Assembly: GCA_037141795.1 (NCBI GenBank)
Contig: JBAXBV010000011.1
Coordinates: forward strand, 69,843-133,842
DNA: 64,000 nt
Direction of reading: 5' to 3'
Source: Betaproteobacteria bacterium
GTDB lineage: Bacteria > Pseudomonadota > Gammaproteobacteria > Burkholderiales > Ga0077523
This document shows, in pieces, positions 37,969 through 49,246 of this stretch. Each line of letters begins with the position of its first letter. Position 1 is the stretch's first letter. The position numbers were made by a program, and so were the translations under genes. The notes beneath the pieces were generated by a model. That model was not told where the DNA came from, made no database searches, and worked only from the letters and a program-made list of their open reading frames with translations.

Positions 37969-40094
37969 TTCACCCGCATGCCCGGGGCGGCGCCGGAGTC
38001 GGCGTCGAGCAGGAATACCCCTGTGTTCTCTCCGCTGGCCGCGAGGATCATTCCCTGGGATTCGCCGAAGCGCATCTTCCGGGCCTGAAGGTTGGCCACC
38101 ATCACCACCAGGCGCCCTTTGATGGCGGCGGGGTCGTAGTGGGCCTTGATGCCCGCGAAGACCTGGCGGGTTTCGTTGCCGATGTCGAGGGTGAGGCGGA
38201 TGAGTTTCTCCGCCCCTTCCACATGCTCGGCCTCGAGCACCCGCGCGACTCGCAGGTCGACCTTCATGAAGTCGTCGATGCCGATGGTCGGCGCGAGGGG
38301 CGCCGGGATGAAGCCGGCACCGTCGTCCGGAGAGGGGGTCTCCGGGGCGCTGGCCGCGCGGGGTGCGGACGGGTTGTCTGTCACGGGAGTCTCCTGGGTT
38401 CGAGTTTGCGTGCCGGCTTTCGCCACATCCGGCTGCGGTCTGAGGCTTTCGCGATTGGCCGCGATCAGCGCATCGATCGCCCTGGTCTCGACACGCGTCA
38501 TGAGGTGCTCGTAGGGGCCGATGCGATGACCTGCCGGAAGGGGTTGCGCGGCATCGCGCCAGGCAAGGGGGGCGATGCCGAGGAACCGCTCCGCCGAGGC
38601 GGCCACTCGCGGGAGCACCGGCTTCAGGCAGAGCGTGAGCAGGCGGAAGCCCTCGAGCGCCTGGGAGCAGACCCATTGCAGGCGGCTGCCCGCATCCGGT
38701 TGCCGGGCGAGTTCCCACGGCTTTTCCTGGTCCACGAACTGGTTGAGTTCATCCGCGCCGAGCATGATCTCGCGGAGCGCCCGGGAAAACTCCCGCTGCT
38801 CGAGGTGCGTCGCGATCCCTTCCGTGCGCTCACGCAGGGTGGTCACCGCCGAGCACGGCTCCCCGCCGGCGAGTTGCCCATCGAACCGCTTGCTGATGAA
38901 GCCCGCCGCGCGGCTCGCGATGTTCACGTACTTGCCAACGAGGTCGCTGTTCACGCGAGCGGCGAAGTCCTCGAGGTTGAGATCGATGTCCTCCATGGTC
39001 GGGCCGAGTTTCGCCGCGTAGTAGTAGCGCAGCCACTCGGGATCGAGACCGAGGTCGAGGTAGCTCCGGGCGGTGATGAAGGTCCCCCTGCTCTTGGACA
39101 TCTTCTCGCCATTCACGGTGAGGAACCCGTGGGCGAACACCCTGGTCGGGGTGCGGTAGCCCGAGAAGTGGAGGGTGGCCGGCCAGAACAGTGCATGGAA
39201 GTAAAGGATGTCCTTGCCGATGAAGTGAACCATCTCGGTGTTGCCACCCGGCCGCGCGAAGTCGTCGAAGGCGATGCCGGCGCGGTCCGCCAGGTTCCGG
39301 AAGCTCCCGAGATAGCCGATCGGCGCATCCAGCCAGACATAGAAGTACTTGCCCGGCGCGTCGGGAATCTCGAAGCCGAAGTAGGGGGCGTCCCGGGAGA
39401 TGTCCCAGTCGTTGAGTCCGTGGTCGAACCACTCCCGGATCTTGTTGCGCGCTTCGTCCTGCAGGTGGTCGCCGGATTGGGTCCACGTTTCCAGGAACCG
39501 GCGGCAGTCCTCATGGGACAGGCGGAAGAAATAATGGTCCGAGGCCTTTCGGACCGGCGGCGCGCCCGACACGACGGAATAGGGATTCTTCAGGTCGGTG
39601 GGTGTGTACGTGGCGCCACAGACCTCGCAGGAATCCCCGTACTGGTCGGCAGCGCCGCACTTCGGACACTCTCCCTTGATGAAGCGGTCGGGGAGGAACA
39701 ATTCCTTGACCGGGTCGTAGAACTGTTCGACCGAGCGCACGTCTATCAGCCCGCGATCCCGCAGGGCGACATACATGCCCTCCGAGAGCGCGCGGGTCTC
39801 CGGGGAATGGGTGGAGTGATAGTTGTCGAAGTCCACCAGGAAACCGTCGAAGTCCTGCTTGTGCTCACGCCAGACCCGCTCGATGAGTGCCTCGGCGGTG
39901 ATGCCTTCCTTCTCGGCGCGCAGCATGATCGCGGTCCCGTGCGTGTCGTCGGCGCACACGTAGTGCACCTCGTGGCCCCGCATTTTCTGGAAGCGCACCC
40001 AGATGTCGGTCTGGATGTACTCCACCAGGTGCCCGAAGTGGATGCTGCCGTTCGCATAGGGCAGCGCGGAGGTGACCAGCAGACGACGGGGCAT
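37965..40094 (-). CDS. metG: Methionine-tRNA ligase (with C-terminal tRNA-binding domain)
   Basis: 709 aa from ATG 40094 ([27 protein letters not shown] motif). Zinc knuckle CPKCG...CEVCG. KMSKS present. The 21 codons upstream in the track ORF have low third-position G+C and were excluded. Confidence 0.95.
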   Translation of the reverse strand: MPRRLLVTSALPYANGSIHFGHLVEYIQTDIWVRFQKMRGHEVHYVCADDTHGTAIMLRAEKEGITAEALIERVWREHKQDFDGFLVDFDNYHSTHSPETRALSEGMYVALRDRGLIDVRSVEQFYDPVKELFLPDRFIKGECPKCGAADQYGDSCEVCGATYTPTDLKNPYSVVSGAPPVRKASDHYFFRLSHEDCRRFLETWTQSGDHLQDEARNKIREWFDHGLNDWDISRDAPYFGFEIPDAPGKYFYVWLDAPIGYLGSFRNLADRAGIAFDDFARPGGNTEMVHFIGKDILYFHALFWPATLHFSGYRTPTRVFAHGFLTVNGEKMSKSRGTFITARSYLDLGLDPEWLRYYYAAKLGPTMEDIDLNLEDFAARVNSDLVGKYVNIASRAAGFISKRFDGQLAGGEPCSAVTTLRERTEGIATHLEQREFSRALREIMLGADELNQFVDQEKPWELARQPDAGSRLQWVCSQALEGFRLLTLCLKPVLPRVAASAERFLGIAPLAWRDAAQPLPAGHRIGPYEHLMTRVETRAIDALIAANRESLRPQPDVAKAGTQTRTQETPVTDNPSAPRAASAPETPSPDDGAGFIPAPLAPTIGIDDFMKVDLRVARVLEAEHVEGAEKLIRLTLDIGNETRQVFAGIKAHYDPAAIKGRLVVMVANLQARKMRFGESQGMILAASGENTGVFLLDADSGAAPGMRVK

Positions 40095-40123
40095 GGGGAC
40101 GGACACAGGTTGAGGGACGGAGG

Positions 40124-40145
40124 ATTGTATCAAAGTGTGTACAAT
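40124..40145. promoter_or_regulatory. ATTGTA-N10-TACAAT palindrome: back-to-back -10-like hexamers in the metG/apbC divergent spacer
   Basis: Read directly at 40124-40129 and 40140-40145. Each arm reads TACAAT toward one of the two divergent genes (ATG 40094 on the minus strand, ATG 40187 on the plus strand). Confidence 0.3.
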
Positions 40146-40186
40146 CGGGACGGTCAAAATTCACGACAAATCATAGGGGTACATGC

Positions 40187-41284
40187 ATGATCCTCAACGT
40201 GGACACGGTCCGCGCGACACTGCAGGAATTGAAGGACCCGTGGACTGGCCGGGACTATGTCTCCGGCCGTGAGGCGCGCAACATACGGGTCGAGGGCAGC
40301 GACGTGTCGGTCGAGATCGTGCTGGGCTACCCCTCGCGCAGCATCCATGAGCAGATCCGGGCGCAGGTGGCCGCCGCCCTCGGCGCCCTCGAGGGCGCGG
40401 GGCGTGTCTCGGTCGAGGTCTCGATGAAGATTGCCGCGCACCAGGCACTGCGCGGGGCCCAGCGCGTCGAAGGGGTGCGCAACATCATCGCCGTGGCCTC
40501 GGGCAAGGGCGGAGTGGGCAAGTCCACCGTGGCGGCGAACCTGGCGCTCGCCCTGGCGGCGGAGGGTGCCCGGGTGGGCGTGCTGGACGCCGACATCTAC
40601 GGGCCCTCCCAGCCCACGATGCTCGGAATGGCCGGCAAGCCCCGGGTGGCCGAGGAAGGCAACCGGAAACTGTTCCTGCCCATGGAGAACCACGGCGTGC
40701 AGGGCATCTCCATCGGCATGCTCATCGATCCGGACCAGGCGGTCGCCTGGCGCGGCCCCATGGCGACGGGGGCCCTGGAGCAGCTGTTGCGCGACACGAA
40801 GTGGGATGATCTCGACTATCTGGTGGTGGACATGCCCCCCGGCACGGGTGACATCCAGCTCACGCTCGCGCAGAAGGTGCCGGTGACCGGAGCGGTGATC
40901 GTCACCACCCCCCAGAACATCGCCCTGCTGGATGCCCGCAAGGGCCTGAAGATGTTCGAGAAGGTGAATGTTCCGATTCTCGGCATCGTCGAGAACATGA
41001 GCTTCCACGCCTGCTCGAATTGCGGTCACGAGGAGCACATCTTCGGCTCGGGTGGTGGCGAGTCGATGGCGCAGGACTACGGTGTTCCCCTCCTGGGGGC
41101 GCTGCCCCTCGACATCCGGATCCGCGAACAGGCCGACTCGGGCGCGCCGACCGTGGTGGCCGATCCGGACAGCCGGGTGGCGGGCCTCTACCGGGAGATT
41201 GCGAGGCGGGTCGGGGTCCGGGTATCCGAACTGAGCCGGGACTCGAGCACGGTTTTCCCCAAGATCGTCATCCAGAACACGTAA
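40187..41284 (+). CDS. apbC: Iron-sulfur cluster carrier protein ApbC/Mrp
   Basis: 365 aa. N-terminal DUF59-like domain. Deviant Walker A VASGKGGVGKST. CxxC motif CSNCGHEEHIFG. Confidence 0.95.
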   Translation: MILNVDTVRATLQELKDPWTGRDYVSGREARNIRVEGSDVSVEIVLGYPSRSIHEQIRAQVAAALGALEGAGRVSVEVSMKIAAHQALRGAQRVEGVRNIIAVASGKGGVGKSTVAANLALALAAEGARVGVLDADIYGPSQPTMLGMAGKPRVAEEGNRKLFLPMENHGVQGISIGMLIDPDQAVAWRGPMATGALEQLLRDTKWDDLDYLVVDMPPGTGDIQLTLAQKVPVTGAVIVTTPQNIALLDARKGLKMFEKVNVPILGIVENMSFHACSNCGHEEHIFGSGGGESMAQDYGVPLLGALPLDIRIREQADSGAPTVVADPDSRVAGLYREIARRVGVRVSELSRDSSTVFPKIVIQNT

Positions 41285-41322
41285 ACTGACGGATTGACCG
41301 TGCCCGCCCGACCGGAGCCCCG

Positions 41323-41895
41323 ATGAGCATCAAGTCCGACCGCTGGATCCGCCGCATGGCCTCGGAGCACGGCATGATCGAGCCCTTTGAGCCCCGCCAG
41401 GTGAAGGAGGTGAACGGGCATCGCGTGGTGTCCTACGGCACGTCGAGCTACGGCTACGACATTCGCTGTTCGGACGAATTCAAGCTCTTCACCAACCTGA
41501 ATTCGACCATCGTCGACCCCAAGAACTTCGACCCGAAGTCCTTCGTGGACGTGAAGGGCGAGTTCTGCATCATCCCGCCGAATTCCTTCGCCCTCGCCCG
41601 CACCGTCGAATACTTCCGCATTCCCCGGAACGTGCTCACCGTGTGTCTGGGCAAGAGCACCTACGCGCGCTGCGGCATCATCGTGAACGTCACTCCGTTC
41701 GAACCGGAGTGGGAGGGCTTCGTGACCCTCGAGTTCTCCAACACGACCCCCCTGCCCGCCAAGATCTACGCGAACGAGGGTGTGGCCCAGGTGCTGTTCT
41801 TCGAGTCCGACCCCGACGACATCTGCGAGACTTCCTACCGCGACCGCGGTGGCAAGTACCAGGGCCAGAGCGGGGTCACCCTACCCAAAATCTAG
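41323..41895 (+). CDS. dcd: dCTP deaminase
   Basis: 190 aa. [13 protein letters not shown]...[11 protein letters not shown]...[26 protein letters not shown] is characteristic. Confidence 0.95.
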   Translation: MSIKSDRWIRRMASEHGMIEPFEPRQVKEVNGHRVVSYGTSSYGYDIRCSDEFKLFTNLNSTIVDPKNFDPKSFVDVKGEFCIIPPNSFALARTVEYFRIPRNVLTVCLGKSTYARCGIIVNVTPFEPEWEGFVTLEFSNTTPLPAKIYANEGVAQVLFFESDPDDICETSYRDRGGKYQGQSGVTLPKI

Positions 41896-41932
41896 CGCGG
41901 CGCGCGAGCCGCGCGGCAGGAGTGCACAGGGC

Positions 41933-44176
41933 ATGAAGTTCCGTTTTCCAGTCGTCATCATCGACGAAGATTTCCGCTCCGAGAACACGTCGGGCTTCGG
42001 CATCCGCGCGCTGGCGAAGGCGCTGGAGGAGGAGGGCATGGAGGTGCTGGGCGTCACCAGCTACGGCGACCTTTCGTCGTTCGCGCAGCAGCAGTCTCGC
42101 GCCTCCTGTTTCATCCTGTCCATCGATGACGAGGAGTTCCTGTCACCCGAGGCGGCAGACAAGGCCATCGCCGACCTGCGCACGTTCGTCGAGGAGATCC
42201 GGTTCCGCAACTCGGACATCCCCATCTTCCTGCACGGGGAAACGCGCACTTCGCGCCACATCCCGAACGATGTGCTGCGCGAGCTGCACGGCTTCATCCA
42301 CATGTTCGAGGACACGCCGGAATTCATCGCCCGCTACGTGATGCGGGAGTGCAAGGCCTACCTGGATTCCCTCGCGCCGCCGTTCTTCCGGGCGCTCACG
42401 CACTACGCGGCGGACGGCTCCTATTCGTGGCATTGCCCGGGGCACTCCGGGGGAGTGGCTTTCCTGAAGAGCCCGGTCGGGCAGATGTTCCACCAGTTCT
42501 TCGGCGAGAACCTGCTGCGCGCGGATGTCTGCAATGCCGTCGACGAACTGGGGGCTCTCCTCGACCACACCGGTCCGGTGGCGGCTTCCGAGCGCAACGC
42601 CGCCCGCATCTTCAATTGCGACCACCTCTTCTTCGTGACCAACGGGACGTCCACGTCGAACAAGATCGTGTGGCATTCGACCGTGGCGCCGGATGACGTG
42701 GTCGTGGTCGACCGCAACTGCCACAAGTCGATTCTCCACGCGATCACCATGACCGGTGCGGTGCCGGTGTTCCTGACCCCCACGCGCAACCACTACGGCA
42801 TCATCGGGCCGATCCCGATCGAGGAATTCCACATCGAGAGCATCCAGCGCAAGATCGACGCCAATCCGATCGTGCGGGGCAAGAACCGCAAGCCGCGCAT
42901 CCTCGCCATCACGCAGAGCACCTACGACGGCATCAGCTACAACGTCGAGACCATCAAGCAGCTGCTGGACGGAAAGATCGACACCCTCCACTTCGACGAG
43001 GCGTGGCTGCCGCACGCGGCCTTCCACGATTTCTATGGCGATTTTCACGCGATCGGCGCGGACCGGCCGCGCTGCCGCGAGTCGATGGTGTTCTCGACCC
43101 AGTCGACCCACAAGCTGCTGGCCGGCCTGTCGCAGGCGTCGCAGATTCTCGTGCAGGATTCCGAGGAGCGGCGCCTGGACCGGGACGTGTTCAACGAGGC
43201 TTTCCTGATGCACACGTCCACGTCGCCCCAGTACGCGATCATCGCGTCCTGCGACGTGGCTGCGGCCATGATGGAACCGCCCGGGGGCAAGGCTCTCGTC
43301 GAGGAATCCATCCGCGAGGCCATCGATTTCCGCCGCGCCATGCGCAAGGTGGACGAGGAATTCGGCGAATCCTGGTGGTTCAAGGTGTGGGGTCCGGACT
43401 TCCTGGTGGGCGAGGACATCGGCACGCGTGAGGACTGGATGCTGGGGTCCGACGAGCGGTGGCACGGCTTCGGTCCCCTGGCGCCGGGCTTCAACATGCT
43501 CGACCCCATCAAGGCCACCGTCATCACGCCGGGCCTCGGGGTGGACGGTGACTTCTCCGAGCCGGGCATCCCGGCGGCGATCGTCACGCGCTATCTGTCC
43601 GAGCACGGCGTCATCGTCGAGAAGACCGGGCTCTACTCGTTCTTCATCATGTTCACCATCGGTATCACCAAGGGCCGGTGGAACACTCTGGTCACCGAAT
43701 TGCAGCAGTTCAAGGACGACTACGACAAGAATCAGCCGCTCTGGCGTGTGCTGCCCGAGTTCGTGGCGAGGCACCCCCGCTACGAGCGCGTGGGGCTGCG
43801 TGACCTCTGCGCGCAGATTCACGACATCTATCGGGAGAACGACGTGGCGCGCCTCACCACGGAGATGTATCTCTCGAACATGGAACCGGCGATGAAACCT
43901 GCCGATGCGTTCGCCCGCATGGCGCACCGCGAGATCGACCGTGTGCCCATCGACCAGCTGGAGGGCCGCGTGACGGCCGTGCTGCTCACTCCGTACCCGC
44001 CTGGCATCCCGCTGCTGGTTCCGGGAGAGCGGTTCAATCGGACGATCGTCCGGTACCTTCAGTTTGCGCGGAGTTTCAACACCCGCTTCCCCGGCTTCGA
44101 GACCGAGACCCACGGGCTCGTCGACGAGAACGAGGACGGCAGCCTGTCCTACTACGTCGACTGCGTGCGGCAATAG
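41933..44176 (+). CDS. Orn/Lys/Arg decarboxylase, large PLP-dependent (fold I, wing domain) family
   Basis: 747 aa from ATG 41933, with AGGAG upstream. Response-regulator-like wing MKFRFPVVIIDEDF. PLP-Lys region STQSTHKLLAGLSQAS. C-terminal TPYPPGIPLLVPGE. Confidence 0.9.
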   Translation: MKFRFPVVIIDEDFRSENTSGFGIRALAKALEEEGMEVLGVTSYGDLSSFAQQQSRASCFILSIDDEEFLSPEAADKAIADLRTFVEEIRFRNSDIPIFLHGETRTSRHIPNDVLRELHGFIHMFEDTPEFIARYVMRECKAYLDSLAPPFFRALTHYAADGSYSWHCPGHSGGVAFLKSPVGQMFHQFFGENLLRADVCNAVDELGALLDHTGPVAASERNAARIFNCDHLFFVTNGTSTSNKIVWHSTVAPDDVVVVDRNCHKSILHAITMTGAVPVFLTPTRNHYGIIGPIPIEEFHIESIQRKIDANPIVRGKNRKPRILAITQSTYDGISYNVETIKQLLDGKIDTLHFDEAWLPHAAFHDFYGDFHAIGADRPRCRESMVFSTQSTHKLLAGLSQASQILVQDSEERRLDRDVFNEAFLMHTSTSPQYAIIASCDVAAAMMEPPGGKALVEESIREAIDFRRAMRKVDEEFGESWWFKVWGPDFLVGEDIGTREDWMLGSDERWHGFGPLAPGFNMLDPIKATVITPGLGVDGDFSEPGIPAAIVTRYLSEHGVIVEKTGLYSFFIMFTIGITKGRWNTLVTELQQFKDDYDKNQPLWRVLPEFVARHPRYERVGLRDLCAQIHDIYRENDVARLTTEMYLSNMEPAMKPADAFARMAHREIDRVPIDQLEGRVTAVLLTPYPPGIPLLVPGERFNRTIVRYLQFARSFNTRFPGFETETHGLVDENEDGSLSYYVDCVRQ

Positions 44177-44191
44177 GCCGGCGATGTCCCG

Positions 44192-44680
44192 TCAGCGAAC
44201 GCGCTCGAGGTCGACGAAGGCGTAGCCCACCCCGTCGGGGGTCCAATGGCGGGTCCGCGCGAGTTCCCGCCAGCCAGCACGGTCGACGGGGGGGAAGACC
44301 GCATCGCCCTCCGGCTCGAGGTCCACGTCCGTCAGAAGCAGGCGGTCCGCGGACGGCAGGGCGAGGGTGTAGATTGCTCCTCCGCCAACGATGAACACCT
44401 CCGTCTCGTCCGCCGTGATCGCGAGGGCGTCCTCCAGGGACGCGGCCACCCGGGCGCCGGGAATCCCGTAGCCGGGACGTCTCGAGACGACCACCGTGCG
44501 GCGGCCTGGCAACAGGCGGCCGATGGATTCGAACGTGCGACGTCCCATGATCATGGCGTGCCCCATGGTGAGCGCCTTGAAGCGGCGCAGGTCGTCGGGG
44601 ATGTGCCAGGGCAGCGCGCCGTCTCTGCCGATGACGCCGTTGCGCGCGACGGCTGCAATCAGGGAAATCCGGGGGGGCAT
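44192..44680 (-). CDS. folA: Dihydrofolate reductase
   Basis: 162 aa. ISLIAAVARNGVIGRDGALPWHIPDDLRRFKALTMGHAMIMGRRTFESIG. Confidence 0.95.
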   Translation of the reverse strand: MPPRISLIAAVARNGVIGRDGALPWHIPDDLRRFKALTMGHAMIMGRRTFESIGRLLPGRRTVVVSRRPGYGIPGARVAASLEDALAITADETEVFIVGGGAIYTLALPSADRLLLTDVDLEPEGDAVFPPVDRAGWRELARTRHWTPDGVGYAFVDLERVR

Positions 44681-44738
44681 CGCAGGCTCTCCGCGTTGAG
44701 GGGCGACCGGGAGAATAGACCAGTCCGGCCGGACGCGG

Positions 44739-45677
44739 TCACGCCGGCGCGCCGAGGGCCTGCGCCGCCGCCGCCACCACCGCGTCCCTTAGCCAGGACT
44801 GGGCCGGGTCGGCCTCGGCGCCCTCGTGCCAGTAGAGATAGCGGTCGAGCGCCGGGCCTTCGAGGGGCAGCGGCAGGACCGCGTGCCCGAACGCCCGGTT
44901 TGTGACGGCGGCCTGACTTGCCGGCAGCGTCAGTGCGAAACCGGTTTCGGCCACCACCTGAAAGGCGGCGAAGTACTGCTGGCAGCGCACCCGGACCCGC
45001 CGCTGCCGCCCCATCCGCTGGAGCGCGATGTCTTCGAGGCTCGCGCCGCGCCGGCGAGAGCTCACGAGGACGTGGTCGCGCCGCAGGTAGGTCTCCAGGT
45101 CCAGCGTTCCCTTCGCTGCCGGGTCGTCCCGGCGCAGCACGACGACCAGGCGGTCCGCGCCAAGACGCTGGTGCCGGATGCCGGGCTGGGCGGGAAGCAG
45201 GACGTCGAGCGCGGCATCCAGCGTCCCGGCGGCCAGGTCGGTGGCGATGCGCTTCCGGTCGAGCCGTACCGCCGCCAGTTCCACGTTGGGCGCCGTGCCG
45301 CCGATCGCCCCCAGCAGCGCCGGCAGGATCAAGGCCTCGAGTTCCGCGCGCATGCCCACCACGAAGCGGCGGCGACTGTGACCGGGATCGAAGGGCTGCG
45401 TCTCGTTGAGCGCGCCCTCCAGCAGGCGCAGCGCCTCCCGGACCGGCTCCATCAGGTTGCGGGTAAAGGGGGTCGGCACCATGGCCTGGCCCTGGCGCAC
45501 GAACAACGGATCGCCGAACAGGTCCCGCAGGCGGGCGAGCGCGTGGCTGATGGCGGGTTGGGACAGATGCAGTTTCTCCGCCGCCCGGGTGATGCCCCCC
45601 TCGGCGTGGATGGTCTCCAGCACCACGAAGAGATTGAGGTCGATGCGGGAAAGATGCACGGTGTCGATGATCCCCAT
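44739..45677 (-). CDS. LysR-family transcriptional regulator
   Basis: 312 aa from ATG 45677. HTH region LNLFVVLETIHAEGGITRAAEKLHLSQPAISHALARLR. Divergent from the acyl-CoA dehydrogenase gene. Confidence 0.9.
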   Translation of the reverse strand: MGIIDTVHLSRIDLNLFVVLETIHAEGGITRAAEKLHLSQPAISHALARLRDLFGDPLFVRQGQAMVPTPFTRNLMEPVREALRLLEGALNETQPFDPGHSRRRFVVGMRAELEALILPALLGAIGGTAPNVELAAVRLDRKRIATDLAAGTLDAALDVLLPAQPGIRHQRLGADRLVVVLRRDDPAAKGTLDLETYLRRDHVLVSSRRRGASLEDIALQRMGRQRRVRVRCQQYFAAFQVVAETGFALTLPASQAAVTNRAFGHAVLPLPLEGPALDRYLYWHEGAEADPAQSWLRDAVVAAAAQALGAPA

Positions 45678-45776
45678 TCGGCGAACGCATTGGGCGGCGG
45701 GCCGCCCCACCGGTAGGCTACCGCGAATCGGCGTGCGCCGGCGTGCGGCGTGGCGGATCAATCTGGGGAGACGATC

Positions 45777-46997
45777 ATGGCATTCGAGCAGTCCGGGAAG
45801 GTGAAGGATCTCGTGGGGCGGGTCACCGCGTTCATGGACGCGCACGTCTATCCCAACGAGGAGCGCTTCCACGCGGAGGTCTCTGCGGGGGACCGCTGGG
45901 AGCCTACGGTCATCATGGATGACCTCAAGGCGAAGGCTCGCGCCGCGGGCCTCTGGAACCTCTTCCTGCCCGAGTCGGAGCACGGTGCCGGGCTCACGAA
46001 CCTCGAGTACGCGCCCCTGGCGGAGGTCATGGGTCGGGTGAAGTGGGCGTCCGAGGTGTTCAACTGCAGTGCGCCGGACACCGGCAACATGGAGGTGCTG
46101 GCCCGGTACGGGTCGGAGGAACAGAAGGCACGCTGGCTCGCGCCCCTCCTGGCCGGAGAGATCCGCTCGGCGTTCGCCATGACCGAACCGGCGGTGGCCT
46201 CGAGTGATGCCACCAACATCCAGGCGAGCATCGTCCGGGATGATGACCATTTCGTCATCAATGGTCGCAAGTGGTGGACGTCCGGAGCGAACGATCCGCG
46301 CTGCAAGGTTCTCATCTTCATGGGCAAGTCCGATCCGGACAATGCGGACCGGCACCGGCAGCAGTCAATGCTCGTGGTGCCCATGGATACCCCCGGAATC
46401 CGGGTCCTGCGCCACCTGCCGGTGTTCGGCTTCGATGACGCCCCCCACGGCCACGCGGAGGTGGATTTCCGGGACGTCCGGGTGCGGGTGGCCGACAGCC
46501 TGCTGCTCGGCGAGGGGCGCGGCTTCGAGATTGCCCAGGGTCGGCTCGGTCCCGGTCGCATCCACCACTGCATGCGACTGATCGGTCTGTCGGAGCGGGC
46601 GCTGGAGCGCATGTGTCGCCGCACCCTGGACCGCGTGGCGTTCGGAAAGCCGGTGGCGGAACAGACCGTGACCCTGGAGCGGATCGCCGAGTCGCGCATC
46701 ATGATCGACCAGACCCGCCTCCTGGTGCTCAACGCTGCGCACATGATGGACACCATCGGGAACAAGGCCGCGCGCAAGGAGATCGCCATGATCAAGGTGG
46801 CGGCTGCCAACATGGCGTGCCAGGTCATCGACTGGGCCATCCAGGCGCACGGCGGCGGTGGGGTCACCGATGACTTCGGGCTGGCGCACGCCTATGCCAG
46901 TGCCCGGACCCTGCGGCTGGCCGATGGTCCGGACGAGGTGCACCGCAACCAGATCGGAAAGCTCGAACTGGCCCGCTATCGCGCGGTGGCGCGGTGA
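45777..46997 (+). CDS. Acyl-CoA dehydrogenase family protein (ACAD10/11-like)
   Basis: 406 aa from ATG 45777, with GGGGAG 6 nt upstream. [26 protein letters not shown], and C-terminal [35 protein letters not shown]. Confidence 0.9.
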   Translation: MAFEQSGKVKDLVGRVTAFMDAHVYPNEERFHAEVSAGDRWEPTVIMDDLKAKARAAGLWNLFLPESEHGAGLTNLEYAPLAEVMGRVKWASEVFNCSAPDTGNMEVLARYGSEEQKARWLAPLLAGEIRSAFAMTEPAVASSDATNIQASIVRDDDHFVINGRKWWTSGANDPRCKVLIFMGKSDPDNADRHRQQSMLVVPMDTPGIRVLRHLPVFGFDDAPHGHAEVDFRDVRVRVADSLLLGEGRGFEIAQGRLGPGRIHHCMRLIGLSERALERMCRRTLDRVAFGKPVAEQTVTLERIAESRIMIDQTRLLVLNAAHMMDTIGNKAARKEIAMIKVAAANMACQVIDWAIQAHGGGGVTDDFGLAHAYASARTLRLADGPDEVHRNQIGKLELARYRAVAR

Positions 46998-47010
46998 TGA
47001 GGGGAACACG

Positions 47011-47439
47011 ATGAGCGCTGGAAGCCTGCCGGCAGGTATCGAGGCCGCGGTCCTGGCCATGCCGATGGCCCGGGAACTCGGCGTGCGCTTCGTGCGGGTC
47101 GAGGCCGGGACGGTGGAGCTGGAGATTCCCTTCGACGAACGCTGGACGTTCCGGCCCGGCCAGTATCAGGCGACGCCCGTGTTCGCCGTGGCGGATTTCG
47201 CCGCGGTCTGCGCGGCGGGGAGCCTGCTGGCGCCGGGCTGGACGGTTTCCACCGTCGATGTCACCCTGAAGCTGCTGGAGCCGGCTCTCGAGGGTCCGCT
47301 GCGCGCCCGGGGCCGGGTACTCAGGGGCGGTCGATTCCTCACCGTGGCCGCCGCCGACGTGTTCTCGGCGTCGGCCACTGGCGAACGACTGTGTGCGACC
47401 GCGCTGGTCACCGCCCGCAACATCGCGCCGCCATCCTGA
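47011..47439 (+). CDS. PaaI-family hotdog-fold thioesterase
   Basis: 142 aa. ARELGVRFVRVEAGTVELEIPF and a hotdog-core-like RARGRVLRGGRFLTVAAADV. Confidence 0.7.
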   Translation: MSAGSLPAGIEAAVLAMPMARELGVRFVRVEAGTVELEIPFDERWTFRPGQYQATPVFAVADFAAVCAAGSLLAPGWTVSTVDVTLKLLEPALEGPLRARGRVLRGGRFLTVAAADVFSASATGERLCATALVTARNIAPPS

Positions 47440-47463
47440 GGGCGGCGCTGAACTCTCCCGGGG

Positions 47464-47892
47464 CTACCGGCGAACGTCCAGGAGTTCCACCTCGAACACG
47501 AGCACGGCATTGGGCGGGATCACCCCGCCGGCGCCGCGCTCGCCATAGGCGATTCCTGGCGGGCAGGTGAGCCTGGCCTTGCCGCCGACCTTCATCTTCT
47601 GCACGCCTTCGGTCCAGCACCGGATCACCCGGTTCAGCCGGAATTCCGCCGGTTCGCCGCGGGAATACGAACTGTCGAACTCCCGCCCGTCGGGGAACAT
47701 GCCCTTGTAGTGCACCTTCACCGAGTCCGATGCCGCGGGACTGCCGCCCGTTCCGTCCTTGAGGGAGCGGTAGACAAGCCCGCTGTCGGTGACCTGGGCG
47801 CCGGCTTCCTTCGCGGCGGCCTTGAGGACATCGGATTGGGCCCAGGCGCAGGAGGCGGCGAGAGCGAACAGGGCGGCGATCAGGTATTTCAC
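47464..47892 (-). CDS. FKBP-type peptidyl-prolyl cis-trans isomerase, exported
   Basis: 142 aa from GTG 47892, with GGAG 7 nt upstream. Signal (M)KYLIAALFALAASCAWA. FKBP core VHYKGMFPDGREFDSSY...PNAVLVFEVELLDV. Confidence 0.85.
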   Translation of the reverse strand: MKYLIAALFALAASCAWAQSDVLKAAAKEAGAQVTDSGLVYRSLKDGTGGSPAASDSVKVHYKGMFPDGREFDSSYSRGEPAEFRLNRVIRCWTEGVQKMKVGGKARLTCPPGIAYGERGAGGVIPPNAVLVFEVELLDVRR

Positions 47893-47980
47893 GTTGCGAC
47901 TCCGGTGCGAAGAGGGGAGTGGATGATTCCACGGTTCGCTTGCGCCGCGCAAACGGGGGCGCTCCCGCAGGCGCCCGATC

Positions 47981-48406
47981 TCACCCTGCCACGGCGCGCT
48001 TGGCGGCGAGACGGGTGTCGAACTTCGACCGCTGGATCACGAAGCGCTCGTGCCGACCCCGGGAGATGGTGTCGACGCCGTCGTGGGCTTCCACGGTGAA
48101 GGAGAGCTTGCGCCCCTCCACCGTCACGAGTTCCGCGGTGACGGTGACCTCGAGCCCGGGCGGCGTGGCGGCTTCGTGGGTCACGTCGATGTGCGTCCCT
48201 ACGGTCTGCTCGTCAGGGGCATCGAGGTGGTCCTCGACGACCTTCACGCAGGCCCACTCCAGCAATCCCACCATGTAGCCGGTGGCAAACACCGCAGGCA
48301 TGGCGAGAAACTCGGGGGATTCCGGGTACAGCGCGGGGACGGTCTTCGACGGTGTCACCACAAAGCGGTGAACGTGGCGCAGGCCTGGCGCGAGGGATGT
48401 TTTCAT
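47981..48406 (-). CDS. Hotdog-fold thioesterase (FlK-like family)
   Basis: 141 aa with AGGAG upstream of the [19 protein letters not shown]...[17 protein letters not shown] resembles the fluoroacetyl-CoA thioesterase-like family. Confidence 0.65.
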   Translation of the reverse strand: MKTSLAPGLRHVHRFVVTPSKTVPALYPESPEFLAMPAVFATGYMVGLLEWACVKVVEDHLDAPDEQTVGTHIDVTHEAATPPGLEVTVTAELVTVEGRKLSFTVEAHDGVDTISRGRHERFVIQRSKFDTRLAAKRAVAG

Positions 48407-48451
48407 GGCGTCTCCTGGTGGGAATCGGGGGGGGCAGCGGGCGCGTGGCGG

Positions 48452-49246
48452 TCACACGGCCACGGGTGCGCTGATGTGGGGGTGAGGATCGTAGCCCGTC
48501 AGGGTGAAGTCTTCGAACCTGAAGGCGAACAGATCACGGACCGCGGGATTCAGGGTCATCACCGGAAGGGGCCGCGGCTGCCTCGACAGTTGTTCCCTCG
48601 CCTGGTCGAGGTGGTTGAGATAGAGGTGGGCATCGCCGAACGTGTGGATGAAGTCTCCGGGCGCGAGATCGCATACCTGGGCCACCATGAGGGTGAGCAG
48701 CGCATAGGACGCGATATTGAAGGGCACGCCCAGGAAGATGTCCGCGCTGCGCTGGTAGAGCTGGCAGGACAGGCGGCCGTCGGCCACGTGGAACTGGAAC
48801 AGCGCGTGGCAGGGTGCGAGGGCCATCTTCGGGAGGTCGGCGGGGTTCCAGGCCGACACGATGAGGCGCCGCGAATCGGGGGTGCGGCGGATGTCGGCCA
48901 GAACCTGGGTGATCTGGTCGATGGAGCCACCGCCGGGCGCGGGCCAGGACCTCCATTGGTGCCCGTAGACCGGGCCCAGGTTGCCGTGCTCGTCCGCCCA
49001 TTCGTCCCAGATCGACACGCCGCGGTCCCGCAGATAGCGCACGTTCGTATCCCCGCTGAGGAACCACAGCAACTCGTGGACGATCGACTTCAGGTGCAGC
49101 TTCTTGGTGGTCACGAGAGGAAAGCCGGCCGCGAGGTCGAAGCGCAGCTGGGCGCCGAACAGGCTCAGCGTGCCGGTACCCGTGCGGTCGGTCTTCCGGG
49201 TTCCGCGCTCCAGCACGGTGCGCATCAGATCGAGATATTGCTCCAT
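48452..49246 (-). CDS. thyA: Thymidylate synthase
   Basis: 264 aa from ATG 49246 ([15 protein letters not shown]). Active-site PCHALFQF. Also [19 protein letters not shown]. Confidence 0.95.
   Translation of the reverse strand: MEQYLDLMRTVLERGTRKTDRTGTGTLSLFGAQLRFDLAAGFPLVTTKKLHLKSIVHELLWFLSGDTNVRYLRDRGVSIWDEWADEHGNLGPVYGHQWRSWPAPGGGSIDQITQVLADIRRTPDSRRLIVSAWNPADLPKMALAPCHALFQFHVADGRLSCQLYQRSADIFLGVPFNIASYALLTLMVAQVCDLAPGDFIHTFGDAHLYLNHLDQAREQLSRQPRPLPVMTLNPAVRDLFAFRFEDFTLTGYDPHPHISAPVAV

Noticed and set aside
40095-40157. Upstream ATG 40157 as the metG start (adds [21 protein letters not shown])
   Set aside because: The added codons have low third-position G+C (att, gta, act, ata, caa, cct). 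That is unlike coding sequence in this genome. The MetRS N-terminus conventionally begins a few residues before [11 protein letters not shown].
38139-40190. 683-aa plus-strand ORF opposite metG (similarly 42143-44173 opposite the decarboxylase and 53119-55218 opposite leuD/leuB)
   Set aside because: These are shadow ORFs antisense to unambiguous housekeeping genes. Their composition is dominated by Arg, Gly, Ala, Val, Glu and Asp, and they show no domain signatures.
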